Shown: positions 1 through 13,383, counted from the first letter of the stretch. The stretch: 64,000 nucleotides of DNA from Octopus bimaculoides (GCF_001194135.2 NC_068983.1:158044842-158108841), one strand, 5' to 3'. Translations and numbers: made by a program. Notes: generated from the sequence alone by a model not told the origin.

Positions 1-200
1 TGTGTCTGTGTTTGTACCCCACCATCGCCTGACAACCGATGTTGGTGTGTTTACGTACTCGTAACTTAGCAGTTTGGCAAAAGTAACTGATAGGATAAGT
101 ACTATGTTTACAAAGAATAAATGATGGGGTCGATTTGCTCGACTAAAGGCGGTGCTCCAGCATGGCCACAGTCAAATGACTGAAACAAGTAAAAGAATGT
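1..200 (+). mobile_element. 3' half of tRNA-derived SINE family B (carries an internal microsatellite)
   Basis: Shares blocks (ttgacaaccgat..ggtgtgtttacgt, ggggtcgatttgctcgactaaaggcggtgctccagcatggcc, tgactgaaacaagtaaaaga) with copies at 1970-2365, 27085-27460, 39708-40240 and 60064-60385. Confidence 0.8.
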
Positions 201-204
201 GTGT

Positions 205-745
<541 letters not shown>

Positions 746-1233
746 CAGAGTGGGGGGTGGAGAAAATGCGCGAGTGATAGAAAGAGGGAAGATATGGAGT
801 AAGTCGAGAAAAAAAGGAGAGGAAATTAGTTTCCACTGTCCTGTTTGCAAACCTACGCTTTACAATTGTCACTAACATTATTCAAGTCACACAGAAATTT
901 TCTAAAACAAAATTTACCAAGAACAAATGGAATGTGGTAGACGCTAAGCATTAGAATAGAAAATCGAAAGAAAGTTTTTCAAACACAACCGATTCACTTC
1001 ACTGCTAAACAGGTGCTCTCTTAAATGTTTCCAAATACAATTGTCGTTTTCTAAAGTTTCAGGTGTTATTCATCAGTAACAAATGTTTGATTTTGATATG
1101 CTGTTCAATTTGAATATAACGAGGTTGACGTAGTATACATATATTTATACATAGACACTTAACCATACATGCATATATACAAAAACACAGACATACACAC
1201 ATATTACGTTTTAAGTCGGTGTTATTTCTTTCA

Positions 1234-1622
1234 GTGGAGGCGCAATGGCCCAGTGGTTAGGGCAGCGGACTCGCGGTCATAGGATCGCGGTTTCGATTCC
1301 GAGACGGGGGGGTTGTGAGTGTTTATTGAGTGAAAACACCTAAAGCTCCACGAGGCTCCGGCAGGGGATGGTGGCGAACCCTGTTGTACTCTTTCACCAC
1401 AACTTTCTCTCACTCTTACTTCCTGTTTCTGTTGTGCCTGTAATTCAAAGGGTCAGCCTTGTCACACTGTGTCACGCTGAATATCCCCGAGAACTACATT
1501 AAGGGTACATGTGTCTGTGGAGTGCTCAGCCACTTGCACATTAATTTCACGAGCAGGCTGTTCCGTTGATCGGATCAACTGGAACCCTCGACGTCGTAAG
1601 CGACGGAGTGCCAACAACAACA
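1234..1622 (+). mobile_element. Full-length tRNA-Arg-like SINE with (CAA)n tail and 11-bp TSD
   Basis: tRNA-like head with A box (tggcccagtggttagg), TCG anticodon-like loop (gactcgcggtc) and B box (ggtttcgattcc). Ends gtgccaacaacaac. TSD tatttctttca at 1223-1233 and 1623-1633. Resembles described octopus tRNA-Arg SINEs (OR type; from memory). Confidence 0.85.
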
Positions 1623-1969
1623 TATTTCTTTCAACCAGTGCTTAAAGAATGGATGTGGCCTAGTGATTAGAGTATTAAGCTCGTTATCATAAAGCCGTGG
1701 GTTCGATTGTGAGTGGTGTGTTCCCGAGCAAAATTACTTCATTTTATGTTGCTCCGTTCTCTTTAGCTGAAATGATTATAAGCCATGTGCCGTTCGAATC
1801 CTCCCTTTTGCCAGCTGTCATATTCTCTATGTTCGGCTATATCAAAGGCCGAATGGCCGTGAATATGCCTATACCTACTCGCAACTCGATTGGCACCAAA
1901 ACCAATTTGCAAAATCACGATGCATGCAACAAAGTCATGTTCGTTTCAGCGTGACAGCTTTTTTTTTTT

Positions 1970-2172
1970 ATCTTTTACTCGTTTCAGTCATTCTGGGCAC
2001 CGCCTTGAAAAATTTTAGTCGAATGAATCGACCCCAGTACATCTTTTAAAGTCTGGTACTTATTCTATCGATCGCTATGTTACGAGAACGTAAACAGCAA
2101 TAACAGTTGTCACACGGTGGTGGGGGAACAAACACAAGCATAAATACACACACACACACGCTCACACACACG

Positions 2173-2214
<42 letters not shown>

Positions 2215-2365
2215 AAACGGGCGTCTTTCACTTTGCGTCTATCAAATCCACTCAAAAGGCTTTGGTTGGCCCAGGGCTATAGTAGAAGACATTTGTCCAA
2301 GGTACCACAGTGGGACTGAACCCGGAACGATGTGGTTGGGAAGCAAGCTTCTTACAACATAGCAA
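1970..2365 (-). mobile_element. SINE family B with internal (CA)n(TA)n
   Basis: Minus-strand head with gttccgggttcagtcccact B-box region and ccttggacaaatgtcttctactatagcc core; microsatellite at about 2140-2215. Confidence 0.8.
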
Positions 2366-3273
2366 CGATTATTTCTTCTGTTGACCTGGCTATAACAGAA
2401 TCAAGTCTCTTATAGCAATACGTACAAAGAAACGCATTTAAACAAACACGCACACACATTATTGTCATTTACTTATTCATGACGATATGATTAGCAATCA
2501 AGTAAAACCTCTTTCTTTTGTAGTCATTTGTGCTTCACTGGTTCAGTGTTCATCTCGTTTCCATTGTGGTAATTACATGAGCAACCACCACCACCACCAA
2601 AAAGACTCCAACCGTTACAGACAACTGCTTCTGCAGGCGAAAGTGAACTCAGAAACGCGAACCGGTGAATTACTCTTTACCGTAGCATCACTGTTTACAA
2701 CGGTAAATGATAACACCCTGTCGCACCCAGTTAGAACTAAGTGAACTCGTGCGTTGAATGGCAAATGTCTTCATAGCGGACATTACGAAGTACATGTGAC
2801 AGGATACACATTACCAGCCGCTGAAATGTTTGTTCAATACACTAAAAATTCGATAATTTATACATTCTAGGTCTACAACATAATTTATATAATGCATATC
2901 TGCGTGCTGGAGTTAAGCATTGCATCTTACCCTTTCTCTCAAATTAGATATGCCTATCTGCTTTAACTGAACTTTTAAAATCCACCACGCCTTCACGGAT
3001 TTCATTGGTAGGTTGTCTGCTACTTATCTATGAATAGTTTCGAACTTCTACTAATGCTTATCAGAGAAAGTCATCCCATCTTACAGCTGAGAATGCTAAT
3101 GTAAACAAGATTAAACATTATACCTTCGTAAACATCAATGTGAGAGTGTAAAAGAACAAGCTACAGACAAGTTTTGAGCAAACTGTTGTTTGCTGCGTGT
3201 TAGTGTATTCTGTGTAAGATTGGTTTTACAATTGTATATTTAATATTATTCATAATAAAATTCATTGCGTCTG

Positions 3274-3409
<136 letters not shown>

Positions 3410-4409
3410 TGTATATATATTTGCATAGAACTATATGTGTATGTACAACAATATCGTTTGGCTACTTAAATGATCTAAATTCCTTGGTGTGGAATTGTTG
3501 GTGGTTTAAAAGATATGTAGGGCAACAGCGGCCATAAATAAAAGTGTAGTTAACTTCCTGTATACTCTTTGAAAGCTATTTACTTTTTTAAGAATTCGTT
3601 CAGCAAAATCATAGAGCAACATCATGGCTTAATCATGCGTTACTACACTGCTTGTTCAATGTTGCAATGGAGAAATCTATCCAAACGTCTTTTGTTTAGG
3701 TTGAACATGTGTATATATGTATATCTGCACGCACACACACACACACACACACACAGATGTGTGTGTGTGTACACATTAGTATAAATAAGCTTATATGCAT
3801 ATATGTACATACATATATATGTATGTATACATGTATGTACGTATCCTTTCTAGTTAGCCACAAATGTGTTGTCAGTTTAAACTACCAGACATTTTGATAT
3901 AAATAAAGGTCAATTTCCATTGTTCTGTAGTATAAGCTGAGGTTTTCCAGTAGACTGTAAGTTATAAGTTGTAAGAAGGAATATTAAATCTCTAGTTATT
4001 CAACTGCTTCTAAACGAATGTCACTGGTAATTATGTCATTGCAATGAACGACCTTTGCATTGTACTTAATCCCTGTCCTAACCCCATATTATACATATAT
4101 CTAATTATGTATAAGGCCCAATGGTGACTGACTTGGGGGTGAATGCTTTACAAAATAGTTGAATCAGTTGTGCAGATCTATTGATTAATTTCTTTTCATC
4201 ATGAAAAAAACAACAACAAACAAGACCGACCAACTGATTCTATTATAATATTCCCTTAAAAAAAAACTGAAAATATCTAATAATTATCCCACTTGTTAGA
4301 GAAAGAACGTTTATATATTTCGTTATATTCTTGTACACAATGTTTGGCTTTTAAAGATCGTTGGTAGGATACTTCCGTCGATTTGAGGTTTGTTGGCAAG
4401 AATTGTTTC

Positions 4410-5502
4410 TATTTTGGCACAGCATCAGCAATTTTGAGGGGAGTGGGGAAATGGATTAAATCTACCCCGATACTCAGCTGGTACTTATTCTATCGATCTC
4501 GAAAAAGATGGAACGCAAAGTCGACTTCGGCGGCAATTGAACCCAGAATGTAAAGAGTCGAAAGAAATGCTGCTTAGTATTTTATCCGGCATAGAAACGA
4601 TTCTGTCAGCTCACGTTCTTTAGTTTCAAACTTTGGCGCAAGGCCAGCAGTTTTAGAGGGAGGGAAATGATCGATTATATCGACCTTAGTGTTCGACTGG
4701 TATGCATTTTATCGACAAGAATATAAAAATAAAAAATGATTATAAGTATATTGTTATATTTCGGGGTTGTCATTTTCCTTTTTGTTTTTGCTAATAAATA
4801 CACGCACTGTCTATTTCATCTTCACTTTAGCTTTATTATCACAGTTCTTACGTCGTACATTCAGTGACTCTGTGTTCCTCGTGTCTCTACTCCTCTCTGG
4901 CTTTGTCCTGTCAATGCCATTTTGTCTTTCTAATTATAAGCATATTTATCACAGTGATCCTGTTGATATTTGGAATACTAAATACCTTTGCAATCTTAGT
5001 CAGAACATTTAAAGAATGTTCACTAGAATCTTAAAGTGATTGGAAATCAGTAAGAATTGTTGTTACGGTCAGTACTAATGAAAGACATTATTAATAATTA
5101 TGATTTATATTCGAAGAAGAATAAACATTGAGAGAGTTGTTGTTTATGAGTGATGTTTGAGGAGATAAATGAAGAGAGTGGCTGTTTATGGTTGTTCTTT
5201 GAGGAAAAGACAAATGTGTATGATCTCTTAGAATTCATCAGAGTTCTTCTTAAGCATCATTGTTGATCAAGAGATACCTGTTGACAGTACCACTAAACCC
5301 TCAGTGGTGATGATGATGAGGATGATGATGTTGGATGTGGATTTTAACATAGGCATGGACCACAAATGATGCCGGGAACCAACTCGACCTCATGAGTCAG
5401 TTGGTATATATTCTATTCAGCTCATACATAACGAACCATCTCTAATATGCGTGTGTGCGTGTCTGTATGTATAATGAACATGCACAAATGCATACACACA
5501 TG

Positions 5503-5549
<47 letters not shown>

Positions 5550-6166
5550 TATGTATGTATGTATGTATGTATGTATGTATGTATGTATGTATGTGTGTGT
5601 ACTCATTTGATTTGTTGTCTACTCCTGCTAGAACTAGTAGCCGTATCCAGTTATACCCAAATATCTTGAAAACGGAAAGAAGTATTTAATAATGATAACT
5701 CACTCTCAGAAGGTGGCTCAGTCTCAGAAGAGCCTTGTACTTAGAGTAGCAAAGAACATCAGACGTAAGTAAAATAAATTTAATCCAGTGCTCCAGTATT
5801 TGTGTCTGGATACTTAAATTTTTAATATTTATTTAAACCTTACGTTCTGAGTTCAAACGCCGCCGGGATCGACTTCGCCTTTCATCTTTTCGTGCTGGAT
5901 AAAATAAGTATCAGTTGAGCACTGAGGTCGATATAATCGATTTATCCCCTTCCTCCGAATTTGCTGGCCTTGCGCAAAAATTTGAAACCAATATTTATTT
6001 AAATTTTTGAGTTGAATAAATAGAAAACAGTGTATCAGTCATTCTGTATTTGACCAACTATTGAGTGATGGCAAGGTAAGGATGAAGTCGAGGAATCTAA
6101 AATCCGATGTAGAGGGATGAGTTTAAATATAGTGACCTCAGTTTTTGCCGCTCAATTCATCTCAAT

Positions 6167-6228
<62 letters not shown>

Positions 6229-6665
6229 CCTTTCTTCTGGAAGCACAAGGTCTCAAATTTGGCGGAAGAGATTAAGTTGATTACATCAACTCCAGTACGC
6301 AACTGGTACTTAATTTATCGACCCCGAAAGAATGAAAGGCAAAGTTGACTTCAGCAGAATTTGAACTCAGAACGTAAAGACAGACGAAATACCGCTAAGC
6401 ATTTCGCCCGGCGCGCTAAGGATTCTGACAGCTCGCTGCCTTAATAATAATAATGATAATAATAATCCTGTCTATCAAAGGCACAAGGCCTGAAATTTGT
6501 GTGGAAGGGACTAATCGATTACATCGACGAGTTGGTGCTGCTTTATCGACCCCGAAAGGCAAAGTCAAACTTGTCGGAATTTGAATTATGGACGTAAAGC
6601 AGAATAAATGTCACGAAGCAGTTTGCCCAACGTGCTAACGATTCTCCCAGCTCGCCTCCTTAATC
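4410..6665. mobile_element. Several copies of tRNA-derived SINE family A with Deu/Nin-like core (about 4410-4620 -, 5830-6000 +, 6229-6443 -, 6465-6665 -)
   Basis: Recurrent body ggcggcgagctggcagaaacgttagc..gttctgagttcaaattccgccgaggtcgactttgcctttcatcctttcggggtcgataaa..aagtacca with (ATT)n/(AAT)n flanks. The gcctttcatcct..ggtcgataaa..agtacc block resembles the Deu/Nin SINE domain. Confidence 0.85.
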
Positions 6666-6739
6666 CGCGAAAATATCTAGGACGGATTTACATAAAAAAT
6701 GTGTAAATAACAAAAAGATTCTAACAATCAAAAACTCCA

Positions 6740-7380
6740 AATAGGGAGAAAACACTGCCCAAGAAACCCTAAAGTTCTCGAGTCACCCTACTCAAAGGGC
6801 AAGTTGATTAGGTTTGGGATCTTTTCCACCTCTTCATTTTGATCTAATAACAAACCACTTCTGTGGTCCCAGGCCCAAAATCCCTCCCTGTTCGCTTCAC
6901 TTCGAGAAGGGTTTTACTACCCTCTACAATGACACGTGCCAGCACCCACCAGATATCCAACCCAGGTGGAATTCTCTCTATCTTAATACACCCATTCCTT
7001 ATCCTTAAATAAATAGTGTAGCGAGTGAATTCCTTGTCGTGTGTAGCAGCTATGGAGTGCTTCAGTGTGAGGATTTCGCCCTTGAAGAGGAGCCCCACGT
7101 TCCTGATTTATCTTGTCGTCGTCACATGATCTATATCCGCCATATTTCTTTCAGGGCTCTTTGCACCTGTGCATGTATTGCTGCTTTAAAACATCGAATT
7201 TTAGCCGACACGCTGTGGTATGCGACCGTATTTTGGGAAGTTGCTAACAAGACTTCGGCTGCGATGGCAACATGTGTCTTCCTGCTATTCAGTTTCCCAA
7301 ATTGTTCCGCATCTGTGAGATGTGCCTCCTTATCGCTTAGCGAGAGCAAGAAACATTACATTGATATTACTGTCATCTCA
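6740..7380 (-). mobile_element. Degenerate gag-like ORF1 relic of a non-LTR retrotransposon (probably L1/Tx1 type)
   Basis: Broken frames read ..TIYLRIRNGCIKIERIPPGLDIWWVLA.. then NEEVEKIPNLINLP..GQCFL. This resembles RRM-plus-knuckle ORF1 proteins; recognised only by pattern. Multiple stops and frameshifts. Confidence 0.4.
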
Positions 7381-7904
7381 GCAAAAGGTCGTCTGCTCAT
7401 GGTGCTTTCCACACCACGTTGTTTGTGGTCCTCGTTATCCATGTTGTTCTTGCCATTGTAATTGTCGTCGCTGCTGCCAATGCTATCAACACTGCTGCTG
7501 TCGCTCCTAGTGTAGCTGTCTTTTTTTTATTATTGCTGCTGCCGTAATAGAAGTGGTTCATTTTGTCGGGCACTGGATTTTCGAATAGCTATACTTACCT
7601 TCGATGTGCAGGAAGAGGGCAACAGATTCTGAAGCGAACTGTTTTCTCTCACTTCCCTCTCCATTTCTCTAGATGTGGCAGCCAATGAAATGTCTTTTTT
7701 TTTTTATTAATTCCTCAAAACAAAATTTGAAATTTTCCTTTCAAATTTGTGTCCCAAAGGGACAATAAATAAATAAATAAAGCAACCAGCTCTGTGCGGT
7801 CTTGGTGGACTTAATACATTTTACGTAACAACATTTCAACAATTAACAACTTTCGAAATAATAATAATTAATAATTAATAACCAATAATAATAATAATAA
7901 TAAT

Positions 7905-8123
7905 AATGGTTTCAAATTTTGCCACAAGGGCTGCAATTTTGGGGGAAGGGATGAGTCGATTACATCGATCTCAGTGTTCAACTGGTACTTATTTTATCGA
8001 CCGCGAAAACATGAAAAGTAAAGTCGATCTCGGCGGAATTTGAACTCAGAACATAGCGACGGGCGAATTACCACTACGCATTTCGTCCGGTGCGCTAACT
8101 ATTCTGCTAGCTCGTCGCTTTAA
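7905..8123 (-). mobile_element. SINE family A copy
   Basis: Same body as other family A copies; (AAT)n tail on the + strand at about 7860-7905. Confidence 0.85.
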
Positions 8124-8127
8124 TAAT

Positions 8128-8460
8128 ATTTTCTTTATTGGCCACATGGGCCTACATAGAACACACAGGGACGCAAATAGAAAGGCACAAACGGGGGGGG
8201 GGGGGAGTTTACCGTGTAAACGTATAAAACAAGAACAAAAACAAACAATAAAATTAAATAATTACAATTCCCCAATAGGAGGGGCGGAAAACCGCGCAAA
8301 TCTCACAGAAAATCACGGTTTTCCTGACTACTTAGGCAAGGGCTTCCTCTCTCTCTTACTTCACTCTTACTCCACTCAGAAGCGCATGCTCAGAGCAGGC
8401 CCGTTCACATGAACCATGCTCGCCACTCAAGCATCCTTCGTTCAGCATCCTTAAACAACC
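8128..8460 (-). mobile_element. 3' end of a Tx1/L1-like LINE (ORF2 C-terminus plus 3'UTR)
   Basis: Minus strand reads ..VASMVHVNGPALSMRF*, then a T-rich UTR, a GGCC-CATGT-GGCC stem-loop and AATAAAGAAAA. Confidence 0.55.
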
Positions 8461-8708
8461 CTTATTCAGGGACCTTTTGAGTGGAATTGGCTTTTTGACC
8501 TGAAGAGAATTCTAACTAAGCTCCACCTGCAATGTCATGCGCTGTTTATCTTGATATTAGATCACCATGTTGCGCACATATGGTTGTAATGCATGTGTCT
8601 GTAATATGGTTGTAATGCATGTGCCCTTAACTGATGGGTAAACTGGGCTTCGTATATCTTACTCCAGGGTTACTTTGATGGCATACACTGCTCTCTCACT
8701 CAATAATG

Positions 8709-8766
<58 letters not shown>
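8460..8766 (+). mobile_element. 3' end of a retroposon terminating in an (AAT)n tail
   Basis: Ends tttgatggcatacactgctctctcactcaataatgat(aat)n; contains a short internal duplication (atatggttgtaatgcatgtg x2). Confidence 0.5.
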
Positions 8767-8769
<3 letters not shown>

Positions 8770-9396
8770 AAAAATCGCCACGATAGGGTAGGACAGTATT
8801 TACATTGGAAAATATGTAAACACTGCAATATCAACACTCCTGCTTACTGGTATGAACTTCATCCTGAGCCAGTCGTTGAACTTGGGATTTTCCAGTCAAC
8901 ACCGACAGAACGATCCAGGTTAATCAATCAGACATGCTCATTAAAGTCAGGGAAGAAAATACTTGTAAAGTAATAAATGTAAGTGCTCCTACCCCAAAAA
9001 TATATCTGTAAAGGAATTTGACAAATTAAGTAAATATAAGGACCTGCAATTTGAAATACAAAAGCTGTGGCATCTTAAAGCGAGAACTGTTCCTGTTATT
9101 GTGGGTGCACTTGGTATGATAAGAAAGGGATGTCAAAAGCATCTAGATAATATACCAGGAGAACCATGTCTCACAGAAATTCAAAAGATTGTGTTGACAA
9201 GTACTGTCCTTATCCTTAGAAAAATCCTATCCCTTTAAATGTCTGTGTTGTATTGCATGAAGATATTTCGCTACTACCCCTGCCACTTCCCCTCCCCAAG
9301 CTTTCAGTCATACTCTAACATCTCTTATTCTTCACCTGCCCTAGGACGCTGAGTGTTTCTCGGCAAGAGATTGAACAAACATGTAGATTAAAAGTA

Positions 9397-9397
<1 letters not shown>
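8767..9397 (+). mobile_element. 5'-truncated R4/Dong-clade non-LTR retrotransposon (restriction-like endonuclease domain plus 3'UTR)
   Basis: With two frameshifts it translates to YKNRHDRVGQYLHWKICKH..WDFPVNTDRTIQVNQSDMLIK..KEFDKLSKYKDLQFEIQKLW..VPVIVGALGMIRK..LRKILSL* (stop 9236-9238). This is the RHD / PD..D / KYxDL pattern of R4/Dong RLE domains. Flanked by (AAT)n on both sides. Confidence 0.85.
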
Positions 9398-9453
<56 letters not shown>

Positions 9454-9474
9454 AAACGAATAAATAATTAATAG

Positions 9475-9880
9475 AAGGAATATATCCACAGTCATAACAA
9501 TGCAACGGTGTATCTGCGCTAGAAAATACGCAGGAGTTGCAAGATCAAGACGGCTGATACAAGAACCATCATCAGCTAAACACGGCACAGGATCTGACAA
9601 CAACGATGTCGGAGTCCTCTGGTTCATGTCCATCTTGAGTAATAGAGATATAAAAGCTAACAAGCCTAACATCGTTAGCAAGGACAGAAGAATAAGTGGT
9701 GCATACTTAACAATACCAAACCAAAAGAAAAAATGTCTGAAAAATCACTGACAAATTGACCAGTTACAAAAAGTCACTGACAAATTGACCAGTTACAAAA
9801 AGTCACTGACAAATTGACCAGTTACAAAAAGTCACTGACAAATTGACCAGTTACAAAAACCTAAAGACTAGGTTCCAGCA
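9475..9880 (+). mobile_element. Second, more decayed R4/Dong-like RLE fragment
   Basis: KEYIHSHN..YLR*KI..VLWFMSILSNRDIKANKPNIVSKD..VTDKLTSYKNL aligns motif by motif with the first copy's domain. Confidence 0.7.
9745..9860. repeat. 29-bp tandem repeat x4 (tcactgacaaattgaccagttacaaaaag)
   Basis: Four essentially perfect units inside the second RLE fragment. Confidence 0.95.
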
Positions 9881-10446
9881 CACGCAAAAAAACTAAAAAC
9901 AAAAGGATTAATATTGTTAACTCTTTAGTAAAGGGATGAAGTCAGCTACATCATAACCCGTATTCGACTGGTGATATATTTTATCGACCTCGGAGAATGA
10001 AAAGCCAAAGTAACTGCAGCGGAATTTGAACTCAATACCGAAAGAGTTGTAACGTTTTGTCTAGTTATAAAAATTCTACCAATTTTCTGCCATGCTAATA
10101 ATTATAATAGTTTCTAATACATGCACAGGAACAGAAATTTGGAAGGAGTATGCTACACGATTAAATCTGCTCCAATACTTGACTGGTAATTTATCTTATT
10201 GATACCATACAGATAAAATGCACAGCTGATCTCGGCGAGATTTGAAATCAAAACATAAAGAGTGAGAAGAAATAATGCAAGATATTATATTCAACGCCCT
10301 CACAATTCGGTCAATCCATTGTCCCCAATATTCGTCAGGTACTTTAATTATCGATTTCGGAAATATAAAACGCAAAGTTGATATCAGCAAGATTAGAAGT
10401 CTGATCGTAAACTGCCGTAATCAAAGCTAGTTCTAACAATAATAAT

Positions 10447-11322
10447 GGTTTCAGATTTTGGCACAAGGACAAGTTCAGGGAGGGGTAAATCGATTACATT
10501 GACCTCGTGCTCAAATGGTAGGATCTTGTTCAAAGCGGGGGCACCAGTATTTTCTTAACGAAACACTTTGAAACTTGGGAGACTGGTAGAATGTGTCATA
10601 TAAAACATCTTTTTCTCTTAGTCTTCTTAACAAAAAANNNNNNNNNNNNNNNNNNNNNNNNNNNNNNNNNNNNNNNNNNNNNNNNNNNNNNNNNNNNNNN
10701 NNNNNNNNNNNNNNNNNNNNNNNNNNNNNNNNNNNNNNNNNNNNNNNNNNNNNNNNNNNNNNNNNNNNNNNNNNNNNNNNNNNNNNNNNNNNNNNNNNNN
10801 NNNNNNNNNNNNNNNNNNNNNNNNNNNNNNNNNNNNNNNNNNNNNNNNNNNNNNNNNNNNNNNNNNNNNNNNNNNNNNNNNNNNNNNNNNNNNNNNNNNN
10901 NNNNNNNNNNNNNNNNNNNNNNNNNNNNNNNNNNNNNNNNNNNNNNNNNNNNNNNNNNNNNNNNNNNNNNNGAGTAAGTGTAAACAGCTGAATACTTGTC
11001 AGTGATTGGTTGAAATTATCGAAATAAGACAGTTTTTTACATGAAATAAATTCGAATACAAAAATTTATTTCTGTTCTATAACACAAAATAGATAAGTAT
11101 ACGAAGTTTGAAAGTCTTTCGGTACCAAAAACACTACATAAAACATAGATGAAAACTGGTGCCCCCGTTTTGAACAAGATCCAAATGGTACTTATTTTGT
11201 CGATCCCGAGAGAATGAAAGGCAAAGTCGACCTCGGCGAAATTCGAACTCAGAACATAAAGACGGATGAAAAGCTGCTAGGCATTTTGCTCGGCGGTTAA
11301 CGATTCTGCCACCTCGCCGCCA
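10447..11322 (-). mobile_element. SINE family A copy interrupted by a MITE
   Basis: The SINE halves rejoin seamlessly at aaatggta once 10521-11182 is removed. Confidence 0.8.
10521..11182. mobile_element. Non-autonomous DNA transposon (MITE), 28-bp TIRs, 8-bp TSD; Merlin-like or hAT
   Basis: TIR ggatcttgttcaaagcgggggcaccagt versus the end actggtgcccccgttttgaacaagatcc (1 mismatch). TSD aaatggta at 10513-10520 and 11183-11190. Contains gap 10638-10971. Confidence 0.9.
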
Positions 11323-12471
11323 TCAGCTCTAACAAATTTCAATATATTTGGTAAATATATATCTTTAACTGATCAGGGTGATCGTTACCAGAAGTGGTGG
11401 AGCGCCCGCCCCCTAAGTTTTTGCAGTATTTAGTTCCCATCCTATATATTCCCAGTTCAAATTCAGCTATCAATTCCGGTAAAATAAGTTCCAGGCAAAT
11501 ACTTTGATGGCTGTGATCAACTGTACTGCCGAATCTCTTTCATTCGAAATTTCTGGTCATATTTATCTTAGAAACCAATATTTTCAATTGTACAGCAAGC
11601 CTGTAGAATATAATGTAAAATCTCAGCGACATAGGACCGCGTCGCAGTTTTCATTTCAAAGCTGAAGTCATTTTGCTCCATTTACGCCAGTAATGTTTTT
11701 GAAGTGGTCATGAATGTATTATGTTTCACATAACACAATAATTTTCTATCTTGTTAAAATAAACCAATATTTGTTGCTCGATCCAGTTCTGTTCAACATA
11801 CCATGAATATATCTATAAAGCTGTCAGTAAAGAAGCGTAAATAGATAAACATAATGTAGTAAGTATAATGTACGAAGAAATCATTGTGAGGAATAGACTA
11901 TTAAAATATCGATGGCTTTTAGATGATGTTATACATGAGTGCACACGATGAATAATGAAACTGCTCTATATATTCCTATCAGCTAAATATGTGTAGTATA
12001 TACGATATTATATTGATATCGCCGTTAATCGATACAGCTGCATTGCTTTTTAATATATGTAGTCTATACTCTTGTACTTTATATGTTAGATATTAATATC
12101 ACATTAATGTGTTTCTATCAGTTATTGGTAATAATTTCTGTTATTTAGTTAAGAATTCAGGAAAACTATGCTAAAGGGGTCAGTACTAATGAGAGTAGGG
12201 AAATAATATATTTTTACACAATAAAATAAGAGCCTTTCAAGAGAGCATGTTTAATATGATAATATATCATAGAACTGAAGCTGATTGTATCAAACCTGTC
12301 CAGAGGAATTTTTAAGTTGCATTCAACAAGTTTCAAATCGAAATCATTGCGTATCTATCATTATGAAAATATCACATACAGTCACAACCTTACTAATCAC
12401 TTGATATGTACTTAGAAATATACAAACACATAAAGACATATACACATACACATACATTGCACAAACACACA

Positions 12472-12523
<52 letters not shown>

Positions 12524-13383
12524 TAGATACACGCACATAATCATGTATTGAGTTCCAATTATCCCGTTTTTGTCACCATCCAACACCCACATTCAGTCAT
12601 ACATACGTATGCATGTATGTATGTATGTATGTATGTATGTACGTACGCATACATATGTACGTACGTATGTGTGTATATGTGTGCATGTGTTTGCATATTG
12701 CGTAAAAAATCATACATAAAGGCAATGAACATCAACTGAATGAGCAATCATTTAAATAGAGTAATAATTTTGTTGGCTTTGAAACATTACTTGTACACAC
12801 ACACACACACATACACACACACACACATACACACACACACACATACACACATACACACACACACCCGCGCACACACGCGCGCACACACACACACATATAC
12901 CTATATATACATAAATATGTGTCTGTGTAAGTCTGTGTGCGTGCCTGTGTGTATGCCGTGTGTGCATACGAACGCGCAGGCACACACATGTATAAAATAT
13001 ACCGTCAGTGTCGACGACATAAAATCCAATTTTTTTATCAACTGAACTGCTTACTTATTGTATTATAATGTAAGTGGTTAAGTATTGTAGAGACACGTGT
13101 ATGCATAACGTAGTTTTGAAGCAGAACCAGTGTGACAGCGTGTGGCAAGGTCGATCCTTTCAATTGCAGGTACAAACAAATTACAGTATAGAGCCAAACT
13201 GTTGTGAGACACCCAGACATAACATATCACATCAGATTCAACTGAGTATTGTCAAAAATAATACAAATATCAGTAGCGATTAATCGTGCTCTTAATATTG
13301 TATCTTAACTCACCAGGTCTACTAACTATTATATATGTATATGGCATATGTGATAAAATAGTTATGTCAATGCTTGTAAGAGG

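Noticed and set aside
760-1140. piggyBac-like Cys-rich C-terminus ([22 protein letters not shown])
   Set aside because: Only one CxxC and no TTAA/TIR found; suggestive but unsupported.
1236-1310. tRNA-Arg(TCG) gene
   Set aside because: No proper acceptor stem; it continues into a SINE body with tail and TSD.
2570-2830. GC-richer unique stretch with short open frames (HEQPPPPPKR.., MSNHHHHQ..)
   Set aside because: No recognisable domain or convincing splice pair on either strand.
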